A stretch of 64,000 bases of DNA from Candidatus Aminicenantes bacterium (GCA_963702005.1 OY969696.1:1280001-1344000), one strand, 5' to 3'; counted from the stretch's first letter, positions 48,290 to 58,052 are shown. Notes: generated from the letters alone by a model not told the origin. A program made the numbers and translations.

Positions 48290-48302
48290 CCTGCCCTCCT
48301 TA

Positions 48303-48414
48303 TTGACCCGTTCGCCGACGCCAAGCCCCGCCTTTCAAGGCGGGGATGAGAGCGAGGCTCAGGGTTAATCATGAACAAGCCCCGGCCTTCAGGCCGGGGA
48401 GTCGATGATTTGAC
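48303..48414. mobile_element. REP/IS200-IS605-like double-hairpin element
   Basis: CAAG-CCCCGCCTT-TC-AAGGCGGGG-A (stem 48326-48345) and CAAG-CCCCGGCCT-TC-AGGCCGGGG-A (stem 48380-48399); TTGAC at both borders. Confidence 0.55.
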
Positions 48415-48519
48415 TTCACCGTTGATATAGGGTAAAAATAACAGAGCATGGCCAGGCAGTCAAAACGAAAGGGTTTCGAATTAGCGCGAGGATTTTCGCC
48501 TTGTTTTTTTATCATTTGC

Positions 48520-48531
48520 GTTAACGTAAAC
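48520..48531. promoter_or_regulatory. Possible LacI-family operator between divergent galM and araB
   Basis: GTTAAC|GTAAAC near-palindrome with central CG in the AT-rich intergenic region. Confidence 0.3.
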
Positions 48532-48697
48532 ATCTTTGTATCTCTTTTCAGGGACGATTTCAAGCCCCAAGGATAGATAAGGATGCGATCCCTGCTCGCT
48601 TTTATTATCCCCTTGGGCCGGTATATGATAGGGACCGAAAAGGAAGGATGGATTTCCACCGCTCGGTCAAGGTCGGCCCGATGAGCTTGGAGGCGCG

Positions 48698-50410
48698 ATG
48701 AAAAGAGAGGCACCCCGCTACGGCTTGGGGCTCGATTTCGGGACGAACTCGGTCCGAGCTCTCCTTGTCGAGCTCCGCACCGGCCGGGAAACCGCGACCG
48801 CCGTCCACGCCTATGAGACGGGGCGGGAAGGGATCCTCCTGGACCGGTCCGACCCGAATCTGGCCCGCCAAAACCCGGCCGATTACCTGACCGGCACGAT
48901 CGCCTGCGTCCGGGCCGTGTTGGCCAAGGCCCGCAAAGCGGCCAAGGGTTTCGCCCCGGCCCGTGTTGTCGGGATCGGGATCGATACGACGGGATCGACG
49001 CCGCTTCCGGTGGATAGGGCGGGCGTTCCGCTCGCCTTCCGCAAGGAGTTCAGGCGAAACCCGAACGCCCAGGCCTGGCTCTGGAAGGATCACACCGGGT
49101 ACGCCGAGGCGGCCCAGATCACGGAGCTGGCGGCCCGCGAGCGGCCCGAGTACCTGGCCAAATGCGGCGGGACTTACTCCTCGGAGTGGTTCTTCAGCAA
49201 GATCCTTCACTGCCTTCGGACCGAGCCGCGCGTCTTCGAAGCGGCCTGGAGCTGGGTCGAGTGCTGTGATTATATCCCCGGTGTCCTGACCGGGACCGTA
49301 AAACCCGATGTCCTCAAGCGTGGCCGTTGCGCGGCCGGACACAAAGCCATGTTCAACGACGCCTGGGGGGGGTTGCCCGCCAAGGACTTCCTGTCCAAGC
49401 TCGATCCCCGGCTGGGCGAACTCCGCGACCGCCTCTACGGCAAGACCTACACGGCCGATGTCCCGGCCGGGGCTCTGACCGCGGAATGGGCCGGGAAGCT
49501 CGGCCTGGAAGCCGGGATTCCGGTCGCGGTCGGCGCCTTCGACGCGCATCTCGGAGCCGTCGGCGCCGGCGTCGCGCCGGGAACTCTCGTCAAGATCATC
49601 GGCACCAGCACCTGCGATATCACGGTTTGGCCGGCCGACCGCGCCTTGGCGGACATCCCCGGGCTGTGCGGTATCGTCGACGGGTCCGTCCTCCCCGGAT
49701 GCTTCGGGCTCGAGGCGGGACAGTCGGCCGTCGGCGATATTTTCAACTGGTTCGTGAGCGCCATCGCCCCGGGCGGGAAGAAGGAGGGCTCCCACGAGGC
49801 TCTGTCGCGAAAAGCGGCCCGGCTCAAGCCCGGACAGTCGGGACTGCTGGCCCTCGACTGGAACAACGGCAATCGGACCATCCTGGTTGACCAGCGCCTG
49901 ACCGGACTCCTCATCGGCCAGACCCTCCATACGGCGCCCGAGGAGATCTATCGGGCCTTGGTCGAAGCGACGGCGTTCGGGGCGCTCGCGATCATCAACC
50001 GTTTCGAGGAGTACGGCGTCAAGGTCGACCAGGTCGTCAACTGCGGAGGGATCGCCGAGAAGAATCCCTTCCTCATGCAGCTCTATGCCGACGTCCTCGG
50101 CCGCGAGATGAAGGTCGCCCGCTCGGCCCAAACCTGCGCCCTGGGATCGGCCATCGCCGGGGCGGTCGCGGCCGGGGCGGAGCGGGGCGGTTTCGCCGGC
50201 TTCGTGGAAGGCCAAGCGGCCGTCTGCGGCATCAAGCCTAAGGTCTACCGGCCCGACCCGGGGCGGCACAAGGTCTACCGCGAGCTTTACCGGCTCTATC
50301 GCCAGCTTCACGACGCCCTGGGCACCAAGTCCTGGACCGGGAACCTGCACAACGTCATGAAGGATCTCTTGGCCCTGCGGGACGTCCAGCGGTCGGCGAA
50401 AGGGCACTGA
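48698..50410 (+). CDS. araB: Ribulokinase
   Basis: GLDFGTNSVRA, ARQNPADY, GIDTTGSTP, LWKDHT, YSSEWFFSK, RCAAGHKA, AFDAHLGA, LDWNNGNRT. Confidence 0.93.
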   Translation: MKREAPRYGLGLDFGTNSVRALLVELRTGRETATAVHAYETGREGILLDRSDPNLARQNPADYLTGTIACVRAVLAKARKAAKGFAPARVVGIGIDTTGSTPLPVDRAGVPLAFRKEFRRNPNAQAWLWKDHTGYAEAAQITELAARERPEYLAKCGGTYSSEWFFSKILHCLRTEPRVFEAAWSWVECCDYIPGVLTGTVKPDVLKRGRCAAGHKAMFNDAWGGLPAKDFLSKLDPRLGELRDRLYGKTYTADVPAGALTAEWAGKLGLEAGIPVAVGAFDAHLGAVGAGVAPGTLVKIIGTSTCDITVWPADRALADIPGLCGIVDGSVLPGCFGLEAGQSAVGDIFNWFVSAIAPGGKKEGSHEALSRKAARLKPGQSGLLALDWNNGNRTILVDQRLTGLLIGQTLHTAPEEIYRALVEATAFGALAIINRFEEYGVKVDQVVNCGGIAEKNPFLMQLYADVLGREMKVARSAQTCALGSAIAGAVAAGAERGGFAGFVEGQAAVCGIKPKVYRPDPGRHKVYRELYRLYRQLHDALGTKSWTGNLHNVMKDLLALRDVQRSAKGH

Positions 50411-50411
50411 G

Positions 50412-51116
50412 ATGTACGGGGACCTCAAGGAAATCGTCTGGAAAGCCAACCTCGACCTCGTCCGGAACGGCTTGGTCGTCCTGACCTTCGGGAACGCGAG
50501 CGGAGCGGACCGGGCCAAGGGCGTCATGGCCATCAAGCCGAGCGGCCTGGATTACGCGGTCCTCAGGCCGGCCGACATGGTCGTCGTGGATCTGGACGGC
50601 CGGATCGTCGAGGGCAAACTCCGGCCGTCCTCGGATGCGCCGACCCATCTCGAACTCTACCGGGCCTTTTCCCAGGCGGGAGGCATCGTCCACGCCCACA
50701 GTCTTTACGCGACCATGTTCGCGCAGGCCGGCCGGGCCATCCCTTGCCTGGGAACGACCCACGCCGATTATTTCAACGGGCCGGTGCCCGTCACCCGGAG
50801 CCTGACGGCCCGGGAGGTCGCGAAGGATTACGAGGCGGCGACCGGCCGCGTCATCGCCGAGCGCTTCCGGGGCCTCAAACCCGCCGAGATGCCCGCGGTC
50901 CTGGTGGCCGGCCACGGCCCCTTCGCATGGGGCGCCACGGTCGAGGAGGCCGTTCGGCATGCCCTTATTCTCGAGCGTATCGCGCGGATGGCCTGGGGGA
51001 CGATGGCCTTGACCGGCAAGGCCCGGATGCTTCCCGGTTATCTGCTGCGCCGGCATTTCCACCGAAAGCACGGGCCGGACGCTTACTACGGACAGACGAA
51101 GGAGAAGTCAAGATGA
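50412..51116 (+). CDS. araD: L-ribulose-5-phosphate 4-epimerase
   Basis: TFGNAS, IKPSG, PSSDAPTH, HAHS, GTTHADYF, HGPFAWG, HFHRKHGPDAYYGQ. Confidence 0.93.
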   Translation: MYGDLKEIVWKANLDLVRNGLVVLTFGNASGADRAKGVMAIKPSGLDYAVLRPADMVVVDLDGRIVEGKLRPSSDAPTHLELYRAFSQAGGIVHAHSLYATMFAQAGRAIPCLGTTHADYFNGPVPVTRSLTAREVAKDYEAATGRVIAERFRGLKPAEMPAVLVAGHGPFAWGATVEEAVRHALILERIARMAWGTMALTGKARMLPGYLLRRHFHRKHGPDAYYGQTKEKSR

Positions 51117-52597
51117 TGAAGAACGTTCCGACCGTCAACCTGGGGATCGTCGCCGTCAGCCGCGACTGCTTCCCGATCGAGCTCTCCCGGACGCGCCGCA
51201 AGAGAGTCGCGGCCGAATGCCGGGCCAAGCGGGTCCCGGTCGTCGAGATCGAGACCATCGTCGAAAGCGAGAAGGACGTCCTGCGCGCCTTGGCCGAATT
51301 GCGGACGAAGAACGTCAATGCCCTGGTCGTCTTCCTGGGGAATTTCGGGCCGGAGGGGCCGGAGACCCTGCTCGCCCAGAAGTTCGACGGCCCGGTCATG
51401 TTCGCGGCCGCCGCCGAGGAGACCCAGAAGAACCTCATCCAGGGCCGCGGCGACGCGTTCTGCGGAATGCTCAGCGCCTCTTATAATATCGGACTCCGGA
51501 GGCTTCGGCCTTATATCCCCGAATACCCGGTCGGCACGGCGGCCAAGGTCGCCGCCATGATGGCCGCCTTCATCCCGATCGCCCGCGTCCGGCTCGGGCT
51601 CAAGGCGCTCAAGATCTTCGGGTTCGGCCCGCGGCCCCAGGATTTCCTGGCCTGCAACGCCCCCATCAAGCCGCTGTTCGACATCGGGGTGGAGGTCATG
51701 GAGAACAGCGAGCTCGACCTCTACGACATCTTCCTTAATGCCAAGGGACGGCCCGCCGTCAAATCGGTCGCCAAGGAGATGGCCAAGGAGCTGGGCGCCG
51801 GCAACACTTACCCGGGGATTCTCGAAAAGCTGGCCCAGTTCGAAGTCGCCCTGATCGAGTTCATGGAGGCCAATCTGGGAGCGTCGTCTTTCGGCGTCTT
51901 CGCCGACAAATGCTGGCCGTCCTTCGAGCGCTACTTCGGGTTCGTCCCCTGCTATGTCAACGCCCGGATGGCCGCCCGTGGCATCCCGGTCGCCTGCGAA
52001 GTCGACATCTACGGCGCCCTGAGCGAGTACATGGCGACCTGCGCCACGGAGCTGCCGGCGACGCTCCTCGACGTCAACAACACCGTCCCCGACGACATGG
52101 TCAAGGCCGCCAAGGCCAAGCTCAAAGGGTTCGGGCCGCGGGACCTGTTCATGGGCTTCCACTGCGGGAACACGGCCTCCGGCTGCCTGGTCGGGGGCGC
52201 CATCAAGTATCAGCTCATCATGAACCGGCTCATGGAGGGCGGAAAAAAGCCGGAGATCACCCTGGGGACGCTGGAGGGGAGAATTAAGCCCGGCCAAATC
52301 ACGATCTTCCGGCTCCAGTCGACGGCGGCGGGCGAGCTGCGCGCTTACGTCGCGGAGGGCGAGGTCCTGGACATCGACCCCAAGTCCTTCGGCGGCATCG
52401 GGGTCTTCGGAATCCGGGAAATGGGCCGCTTCTACCGCCACGTCCTCATCGAGAAGCGCTTCCCCCATCACACGGCCGTCGCCTTCGCCCACGCCGGGAA
52501 GGCGCTGTTCGCGGCCGTCCGCATGCTGGGCGTCGAGGACGTCGGCTTCAACCGGCCGGCCGGCTCATTCTACCCGGGCGAGAATCCGTTCGGGTGA
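51113..52597 (+). CDS. L-fucose/L-arabinose isomerase-family protein (non-canonical AraA substitute)
   Basis: ATGA overlap with araD; VSRDCFP, LGNFGPE, RGDAFCG, KCWP, ACEVDIYGA, FHCGN, FPHH. Confidence 0.8.
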   Translation: MMKNVPTVNLGIVAVSRDCFPIELSRTRRKRVAAECRAKRVPVVEIETIVESEKDVLRALAELRTKNVNALVVFLGNFGPEGPETLLAQKFDGPVMFAAAAEETQKNLIQGRGDAFCGMLSASYNIGLRRLRPYIPEYPVGTAAKVAAMMAAFIPIARVRLGLKALKIFGFGPRPQDFLACNAPIKPLFDIGVEVMENSELDLYDIFLNAKGRPAVKSVAKEMAKELGAGNTYPGILEKLAQFEVALIEFMEANLGASSFGVFADKCWPSFERYFGFVPCYVNARMAARGIPVACEVDIYGALSEYMATCATELPATLLDVNNTVPDDMVKAAKAKLKGFGPRDLFMGFHCGNTASGCLVGGAIKYQLIMNRLMEGGKKPEITLGTLEGRIKPGQITIFRLQSTAAGELRAYVAEGEVLDIDPKSFGGIGVFGIREMGRFYRHVLIEKRFPHHTAVAFAHAGKALFAAVRMLGVEDVGFNRPAGSFYPGENPFG

Positions 52598-52614
52598 TTT
52601 CCGGAGATACGCGG

Positions 52615-53748
52615 CTAGAGATCTTCCACCCAACCGTTAAGCCTGCCGATATTCCGGTTGAGGAGTTCACAGACGAATTCGTCGGGCTCAATGCAGACTT
52701 CGGGCGGCAGGACGCCGACCCCCTTGACTTTGCCTTCAACGAGCATTTGCGCCCCGACCGAAGCCGGGATGCCGGTCCCCTGGGCAATCCGTCCGGCCGA
52801 TGAATAAAATACGCGGCGGGTTTTGGTTCCCTTTTTTCCTTTGACCGCGACGCGCAAGGCTCCCTGCTTGGAGACACCCGTCAGGCCCAGACATCTTTTA
52901 TGGAAGAGAGCCGCCGCAAAATCCATCGGATCCGCCTCCCCTCCCTGGACCTGGAGCGGGCCTTCGCTGCGGCCGATGCGGCCGAGGGCTACGATCCACT
53001 CGTTGACGACGGCCGGATTAAAGGAGGCTTTGTCATCGACGACTTTGACCCCCGGGAACGACCGGGACAGGGTGATCGGCTCCGGGTGTCCGATATGGAA
53101 GACGTCAAGGGCCCCGACCGGATCGGGAAACTCGATCCGTTCTTTTCCGTCGACGAAGGATTGAACCTCGACGAGCCGGCCGTCCCGAAAGGTGAGCGCG
53201 GTGTGGGACAGCGAATACAATAGATGATAGGAGAGGGCCAGCCCTCCGGGGTCGGAGCCGCTCATGACCCAAGCCGTATGGATTTCCTCGACCTCGTCCA
53301 GTTGATTGGCGGCGGCCCGGACCAGGACATTATTCACGCCGGGGCTCGCGCCCAAACCCAAGATGATCGTAATCCCGGCCCGGCGGGCCGACTCATCCAG
53401 GTCGTACATCTCAAACGTGGTCAGGTAATCATCATTGATGTCGACCAGCGACACGCCGGCCTTGATGGCGGCGCGAGCGACCAGAGTTTCGTATTTATAA
53501 TTCGGGCCCGCGCAATTGACCACGACGTCGAAACCCTTCATGAGTCCGGCCAGATCGCCCGGCTGCCGCAGGTCCAGGGCTAAGGCCGAGGTCTTGGCCG
53601 CCCCCCCTTTCTGCCGCGCCAAGACGGTCTTGGCTTTAGCCAGGCTTCGCGTGGCGACGACAATTTCACCGAATTTTCCCGACCGATAAAGGTCCCGGAT
53701 CGCCTCTTCGCCCATTTCTCCCGAGCCTAAAACCAGCGCACGTTTCAT
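52615..53748 (-). CDS. Saccharopine dehydrogenase / lysine 6-dehydrogenase-like NAD(P)-dependent oxidoreductase
   Basis: LVLGSGEMG Rossmann motif, DVVVNCAGP, VDINDD, GLGASPGVNN, IGHPEPITL, GVLPPE. Confidence 0.85.
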   Translation of the reverse strand: MKRALVLGSGEMGEEAIRDLYRSGKFGEIVVATRSLAKAKTVLARQKGGAAKTSALALDLRQPGDLAGLMKGFDVVVNCAGPNYKYETLVARAAIKAGVSLVDINDDYLTTFEMYDLDESARRAGITIILGLGASPGVNNVLVRAAANQLDEVEEIHTAWVMSGSDPGGLALSYHLLYSLSHTALTFRDGRLVEVQSFVDGKERIEFPDPVGALDVFHIGHPEPITLSRSFPGVKVVDDKASFNPAVVNEWIVALGRIGRSEGPLQVQGGEADPMDFAAALFHKRCLGLTGVSKQGALRVAVKGKKGTKTRRVFYSSAGRIAQGTGIPASVGAQMLVEGKVKGVGVLPPEVCIEPDEFVCELLNRNIGRLNGWVEDL

Positions 53749-53766
53749 GATGCCCTCCGATAAATC

Positions 53767-54981
53767 CTAAAGGGCTTCCGGGCCGGCTCTCTTCAAGCGC
53801 GGCTCGATCGGTCCGCCGTAAATCCTGTACTCATCGAGTTGACAGGAACGGATCAGCCGGCCCTTGTAGAGCATCAGATTGAGGCAGCCGTCACATTGGT
53901 TGATCCGCCCAGCGAAGACCTCATTCGGTTGTTGGAGATTGATGCATTGGACGTAAATCTTCTCGAAGAGCGTCCTGGGGTTGCGCAGCGACGCCTTGAG
54001 GAACCGCCCCAGCGCTTTCCGGACTTGTCCGTCGACGAGGGACGGCAAAAAAATTTTCATGCCCGGCGAGGTCTGTTCTTGGAAGGCGCAATAGCGTCCT
54101 CGTCTCAGGTGATGGAAGACCTGGACCAGTTCCGCCGTTTTCGGCCCCAGGGCGCCGTAGACCTGACGCGTCGTGCCGACCGGCAGCATGATGAGAAATT
54201 TAAGGCTTTCGGGGGAGGTCGTCCCGTTCAAGTACGCGCAGGGCCTGACCTCGGGGAATCGGTCCATAAGAAGGTCGGCCATGCGATCCGTCGTCACGCT
54301 CAAATCCTCCGGACGGCGGGTCGTACACTGAAGCCGACTGGTATCGATCGGCCGGCCGTTGACTTCATAGACCCAATCGTCCCGGAGGAGGAGCGATCGG
54401 AAGGCGATCAGAGAGACGTGCTGGACTTTATGGATATTCGCCCTGGACCAGGTGATGATGTCGGGCAGAGAGGCCAGCGTCGAGGGAAAGACGGTGATGT
54501 TATAGCCGCATTGAACTCCGCCGAGATCCCAGAGCATGTCCGCGTATCTTTGGCGGAGGGTGTTCATCTCGCCCTCCGTTTTTCCGACCCAGCCGGGCCG
54601 CTGCTGGCCCGCATCGACATGGATATAGAACAAGACCAGGCCGGCGCGCTTGAGCTCCGCGGCCAGGTCCCGGGTCAGCTTCTCGCCGTTGGTGAGGATC
54701 ATGGGCTTCATCCCGTGCCGGGCGATGAACCGGACGACTTCGACGAGGTCCGGATAGAGCAGCGGCTCTCCGCCGGCGATAGCGATCCGTTCGCAATGAA
54801 GCATCTCCCGGAGGGTGAGGATCTCCTGTTCGAGCTCGGCCAGCGGCCGGTGTCCTTCCAGGGAGTGGCGGAAGCAGCCCGGGCAGTGAAGGTCGCAGGC
54901 GTCGGTCACCTCAATCCAGGCGCCCGGGTTGTCGGTCCTGGACCAGGGAAAACGGTAGAGTGTTTCTCGGGACAGGCTCAT
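53767..54981 (-). CDS. Radical SAM protein, paralog C
   Basis: EVTDACDLHCPGCF (CxxxCxxC), AGGEPL, LTNG; C-terminal CDGCxNxMxYxGRLIRSC. Confidence 0.9.
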   Translation of the reverse strand: MSLSRETLYRFPWSRTDNPGAWIEVTDACDLHCPGCFRHSLEGHRPLAELEQEILTLREMLHCERIAIAGGEPLLYPDLVEVVRFIARHGMKPMILTNGEKLTRDLAAELKRAGLVLFYIHVDAGQQRPGWVGKTEGEMNTLRQRYADMLWDLGGVQCGYNITVFPSTLASLPDIITWSRANIHKVQHVSLIAFRSLLLRDDWVYEVNGRPIDTSRLQCTTRRPEDLSVTTDRMADLLMDRFPEVRPCAYLNGTTSPESLKFLIMLPVGTTRQVYGALGPKTAELVQVFHHLRRGRYCAFQEQTSPGMKIFLPSLVDGQVRKALGRFLKASLRNPRTLFEKIYVQCINLQQPNEVFAGRINQCDGCLNLMLYKGRLIRSCQLDEYRIYGGPIEPRLKRAGPEAL

Positions 54982-56183
54982 GGGACCCCCTCCCTGCGTT
55001 TGACGGGACGAATCTCGCCGCCGAACATCCGATATTCATCCAGCCGGCAGGAATTGATCAGCCGTCCTTGATAGTGCATCATGTTGGCGCATCCGTCGCA
55101 AAGATTGACCAGGTCGCCCAGGATCTCGTTGGGCTGCTGGAGGTGGATGCTCTGAACGTAGATTCTATCGAACAGCCGGGCGGGATTCCTCAAGCACGCC
55201 TCAAGGAAGCTCCGGAAGGCCCGCCGGATCTCAGGGTCGAGCGCGGACAGGACAAATATTTTTTTCCCCGCGGGACGCCGGAGGAAGGCGCAATAGCGGT
55301 TCAGCCACAGATGGTAAAAAACCTGGACGATCTCCATGGTTTTAGGGCCCAGGACGCCGTAGATTTTCCGGGTTGAGCCGACAGGGGCGGCGATGAGGTA
55401 TTTCGTGGTCAGGGGATCGGCTGTTCCGCTCAGGTAGGCGCAAGCACGAAGACCGGGAATTTGCTTCTCCAGGACGGCGAACATGTCCTCCGTGGTCAGG
55501 CTGATCTCCTCGGGAGCGGGGACGTTTTCTTGATAGGGAGCCAGGTCCACTTTTTCTCCGTTGACCCGGTAGTCGAGATCCTCATTCCCGGGGATAAGTC
55601 GGAAAGCGATGAGTGAAATGTGCTGGACCTTGTGGATGTTCGACAGGCACCATTCCACGACCCCCGGAAGGTCATTCAAGCTGGACCGATAGACGGTCAG
55701 GTTATAGCCGCATTGCACCCCGCCCAATTCCCAGATTAAATCGGCATATCGCTGCCGGAGGGCGTTCATGCCCAGCTCGCTTCGGCCTTCCCAGCCCGGC
55801 CTGTTTTGTCCGCTGTCGACATGAAAGTGAAATTTGGCCAGCCCGGCCTTCTTGAGGTCCTTGGCCAGAGACCAGTCCAGTTTTTCGCCGTTGGTCAGGA
55901 TGACGGGTTTAATCCCGCGTCTGGCCATAAAATCCACGACCTCGACAATATGGGGATAGATGAGGGGTTCTCCGCCGGCGATGGCCATGCTGTCGCAGCG
56001 GGTCAGCCGATGGCCCTCCAGAATGTCCTTCCGCACGGCTTCGAGCGGCCGATGTCCCTCCAGCCGGTGGCGGTAGCATCCGCGGCACTCCAGGTCGCAT
56101 TCATCCGTGACTTCCACCCAAGCCCCGGGATTATCCGTCTTGGACCAGGGGAATCGATAAAGGCGGTTCCGATCAAGCGCCAT
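54978..56183 (-). CDS. Radical SAM protein, paralog B
   Basis: EVTDECDLECRGCY, AGGEPL, LTNG; CDGCANMMHYQGRLINSC; start MALDRN at 56183 aligns with paralogs. Confidence 0.9.
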   Translation of the reverse strand: MALDRNRLYRFPWSKTDNPGAWVEVTDECDLECRGCYRHRLEGHRPLEAVRKDILEGHRLTRCDSMAIAGGEPLIYPHIVEVVDFMARRGIKPVILTNGEKLDWSLAKDLKKAGLAKFHFHVDSGQNRPGWEGRSELGMNALRQRYADLIWELGGVQCGYNLTVYRSSLNDLPGVVEWCLSNIHKVQHISLIAFRLIPGNEDLDYRVNGEKVDLAPYQENVPAPEEISLTTEDMFAVLEKQIPGLRACAYLSGTADPLTTKYLIAAPVGSTRKIYGVLGPKTMEIVQVFYHLWLNRYCAFLRRPAGKKIFVLSALDPEIRRAFRSFLEACLRNPARLFDRIYVQSIHLQQPNEILGDLVNLCDGCANMMHYQGRLINSCRLDEYRMFGGEIRPVKRREGVP

Positions 56184-56841
56184 GGGCGGCTCCTCGCGGG
56201 ACGCGTTCCATCCGAATCCCGGTCCGGCTCCAGACGGCATAAAAGGCCAAGGCCAGAACCACGCCCGCGACGACGTCCCAGGCGACGTGCTCTTTTAAGG
56301 TCAGAGTCGACAGGGAGATCAGGACCGTCATGAGAACCAGGCCGGATCGCACCGGTCGCGAAGGCCATACCGAAAAAGCCAGGCAGGTGGGGAAGACGGT
56401 CAAAGCGACATGCATGGAAGGAAGACAGGCAAAAGGATGAAGCCACAACATTCGATGGACTGTTTGTTGAAGGGCGATCATCCGTGTCGGGCAAGGCGAG
56501 GCGGCGGCGAAGACATACTCGAGCCCCGCACCGGTCAAGATCATGAGGACATAGGCGGCAACAGCTCTATGGAACATTCGATGGGGGAGTTTCCAGACGA
56601 TCAGGAAGGCTCCGAGAAGGACGTAGAGATCGCCCAGATAATAAAAGCAGGCCGTCCATCCCCAGTAGGGAATCCAGGCGTCAATGAAGATGCTGTAATC
56701 ATGGATGGTCAGCGGGGCCCATTGGGTCAAAGCATTGACTAAACGGTAGCAGGCGATGTGGAAAAGAGCGACGCCCAGGATCATCACCAGATGTCCCAGC
56801 CGATGGCCGTTCGAAAGCTCGGGAGCTCTTGCCGTATTCAT
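56173..56841 (-). CDS. PAP2-superfamily membrane phosphatase/phosphotransferase (IPC-synthase/Aur1-like)
   Basis: ~6 TM; IDAWIP; FACLPSMHVA; STLTLKEHVAWDVVAG. Confidence 0.82.
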   Translation of the reverse strand: MNTARAPELSNGHRLGHLVMILGVALFHIACYRLVNALTQWAPLTIHDYSIFIDAWIPYWGWTACFYYLGDLYVLLGAFLIVWKLPHRMFHRAVAAYVLMILTGAGLEYVFAAASPCPTRMIALQQTVHRMLWLHPFACLPSMHVALTVFPTCLAFSVWPSRPVRSGLVLMTVLISLSTLTLKEHVAWDVVAGVVLALAFYAVWSRTGIRMERVPRGAAHGA

Positions 56842-58049
56842 TCCGCTTGTTTTCTTGGGCTTGGGACCGTGGTGATAAGATCGCCGAAAATCCGGTATTC
56901 ATCAAGCTGACAGGGATTGATTAATTTGTCTTGATAGATCATCGGATTCACGCAGCAATCACAAAGATTTTTTTTCCCCTCAATCATCTCGTTGGGCTGC
57001 TGAAAGTTAATACACTGAACATAAATCTTTTCGAATATTCTAATGGGATTCCTAACTACGGCTTTTAAATAGTTGACAAACGTTTTTCTGACTTCTTTGT
57101 CAACAAGGGAAAGAATAAACAATTTCTTCCCGACGACCGGATTCTTAAAAAAAGAACAGTATCTCCCTTTGAATAAATGATAAAAAACTTGAACAAGCTC
57201 GACTGTTTGTCTTCCCAAAAAACCGTATGGTCCTCTTTTGCTCCCCGCAGTGAGAATAACTAAATGTTTGTTCGTTTTGTAGGCCGTTGTCCCATTTATG
57301 TAGGCACAGGGCCGGAAGTCAGAATAGCGATTTTGGAGCATTCCAAACATTTCTTCGGTTGAAATATTAATTTCTTCAAGATTCGAATAGCCGATCGGGA
57401 CCGCGCTTGTGTCGATTTTCCGGCCATTGACCACATAGTCCATTCCCTCGACGATGGGCAGGCCCCGAAAGGCGATAAAAGTAATATGCTGGACTTTATG
57501 GATATTGGCCCGGCACCATTCCACGATCTCGGGAATATATTTTAGGTTTGAGCGAAATACCGTGACGTTATACCCGCATTGAATCCCGCCGACTTCCCAG
57601 AGCAAATCGGCATAATGTTGCCTGGCTTCGTTCAATTCGACTTCATTTTTCCCGGTCAAACCCGGCCTGTTCTGAGCGCTGTCGATATGAAAGTGGATCT
57701 TGCTCAAGCCCGCTTTTTTTAGCGCCAAAGCATAATCCCTGGTTAATTTTTCTCCATTGGTGAAAAGCACGGATTTCATTTTATGCTCGGTAATAAATTT
57801 CACGACTTCTACAAGATGAGGATAAATGAGCGGTTCTCCGCCCGCTATGCACAGACAATCGCAGTTGGTTAATTCCTGCACCGCAACAATATCATTTTTA
57901 ACCTCTTCCAAGGACCTATGCCCCTCCAGCCTGTGTCTGTAACAATCGGGACAGGACAAGTCACAATCGTCCGTTACTTCCACCCATCCGCCCTGATTAT
58001 CCGTCCTTGACCAAGGGAGCTTATAAAAATTTCTCCTCATTTCGTTCAT
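56838..58049 (-). CDS. Radical SAM protein, paralog A
   Basis: EVTDDCDLSCPDCY, AGGEPL, FTNG; CDCCVNPMIYQDKLINPC. Confidence 0.9.
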   Translation of the reverse strand: MNEMRRNFYKLPWSRTDNQGGWVEVTDDCDLSCPDCYRHRLEGHRSLEEVKNDIVAVQELTNCDCLCIAGGEPLIYPHLVEVVKFITEHKMKSVLFTNGEKLTRDYALALKKAGLSKIHFHIDSAQNRPGLTGKNEVELNEARQHYADLLWEVGGIQCGYNVTVFRSNLKYIPEIVEWCRANIHKVQHITFIAFRGLPIVEGMDYVVNGRKIDTSAVPIGYSNLEEINISTEEMFGMLQNRYSDFRPCAYINGTTAYKTNKHLVILTAGSKRGPYGFLGRQTVELVQVFYHLFKGRYCSFFKNPVVGKKLFILSLVDKEVRKTFVNYLKAVVRNPIRIFEKIYVQCINFQQPNEMIEGKKNLCDCCVNPMIYQDKLINPCQLDEYRIFGDLITTVPSPRKQAE

Positions 58050-58052
58050 GGC

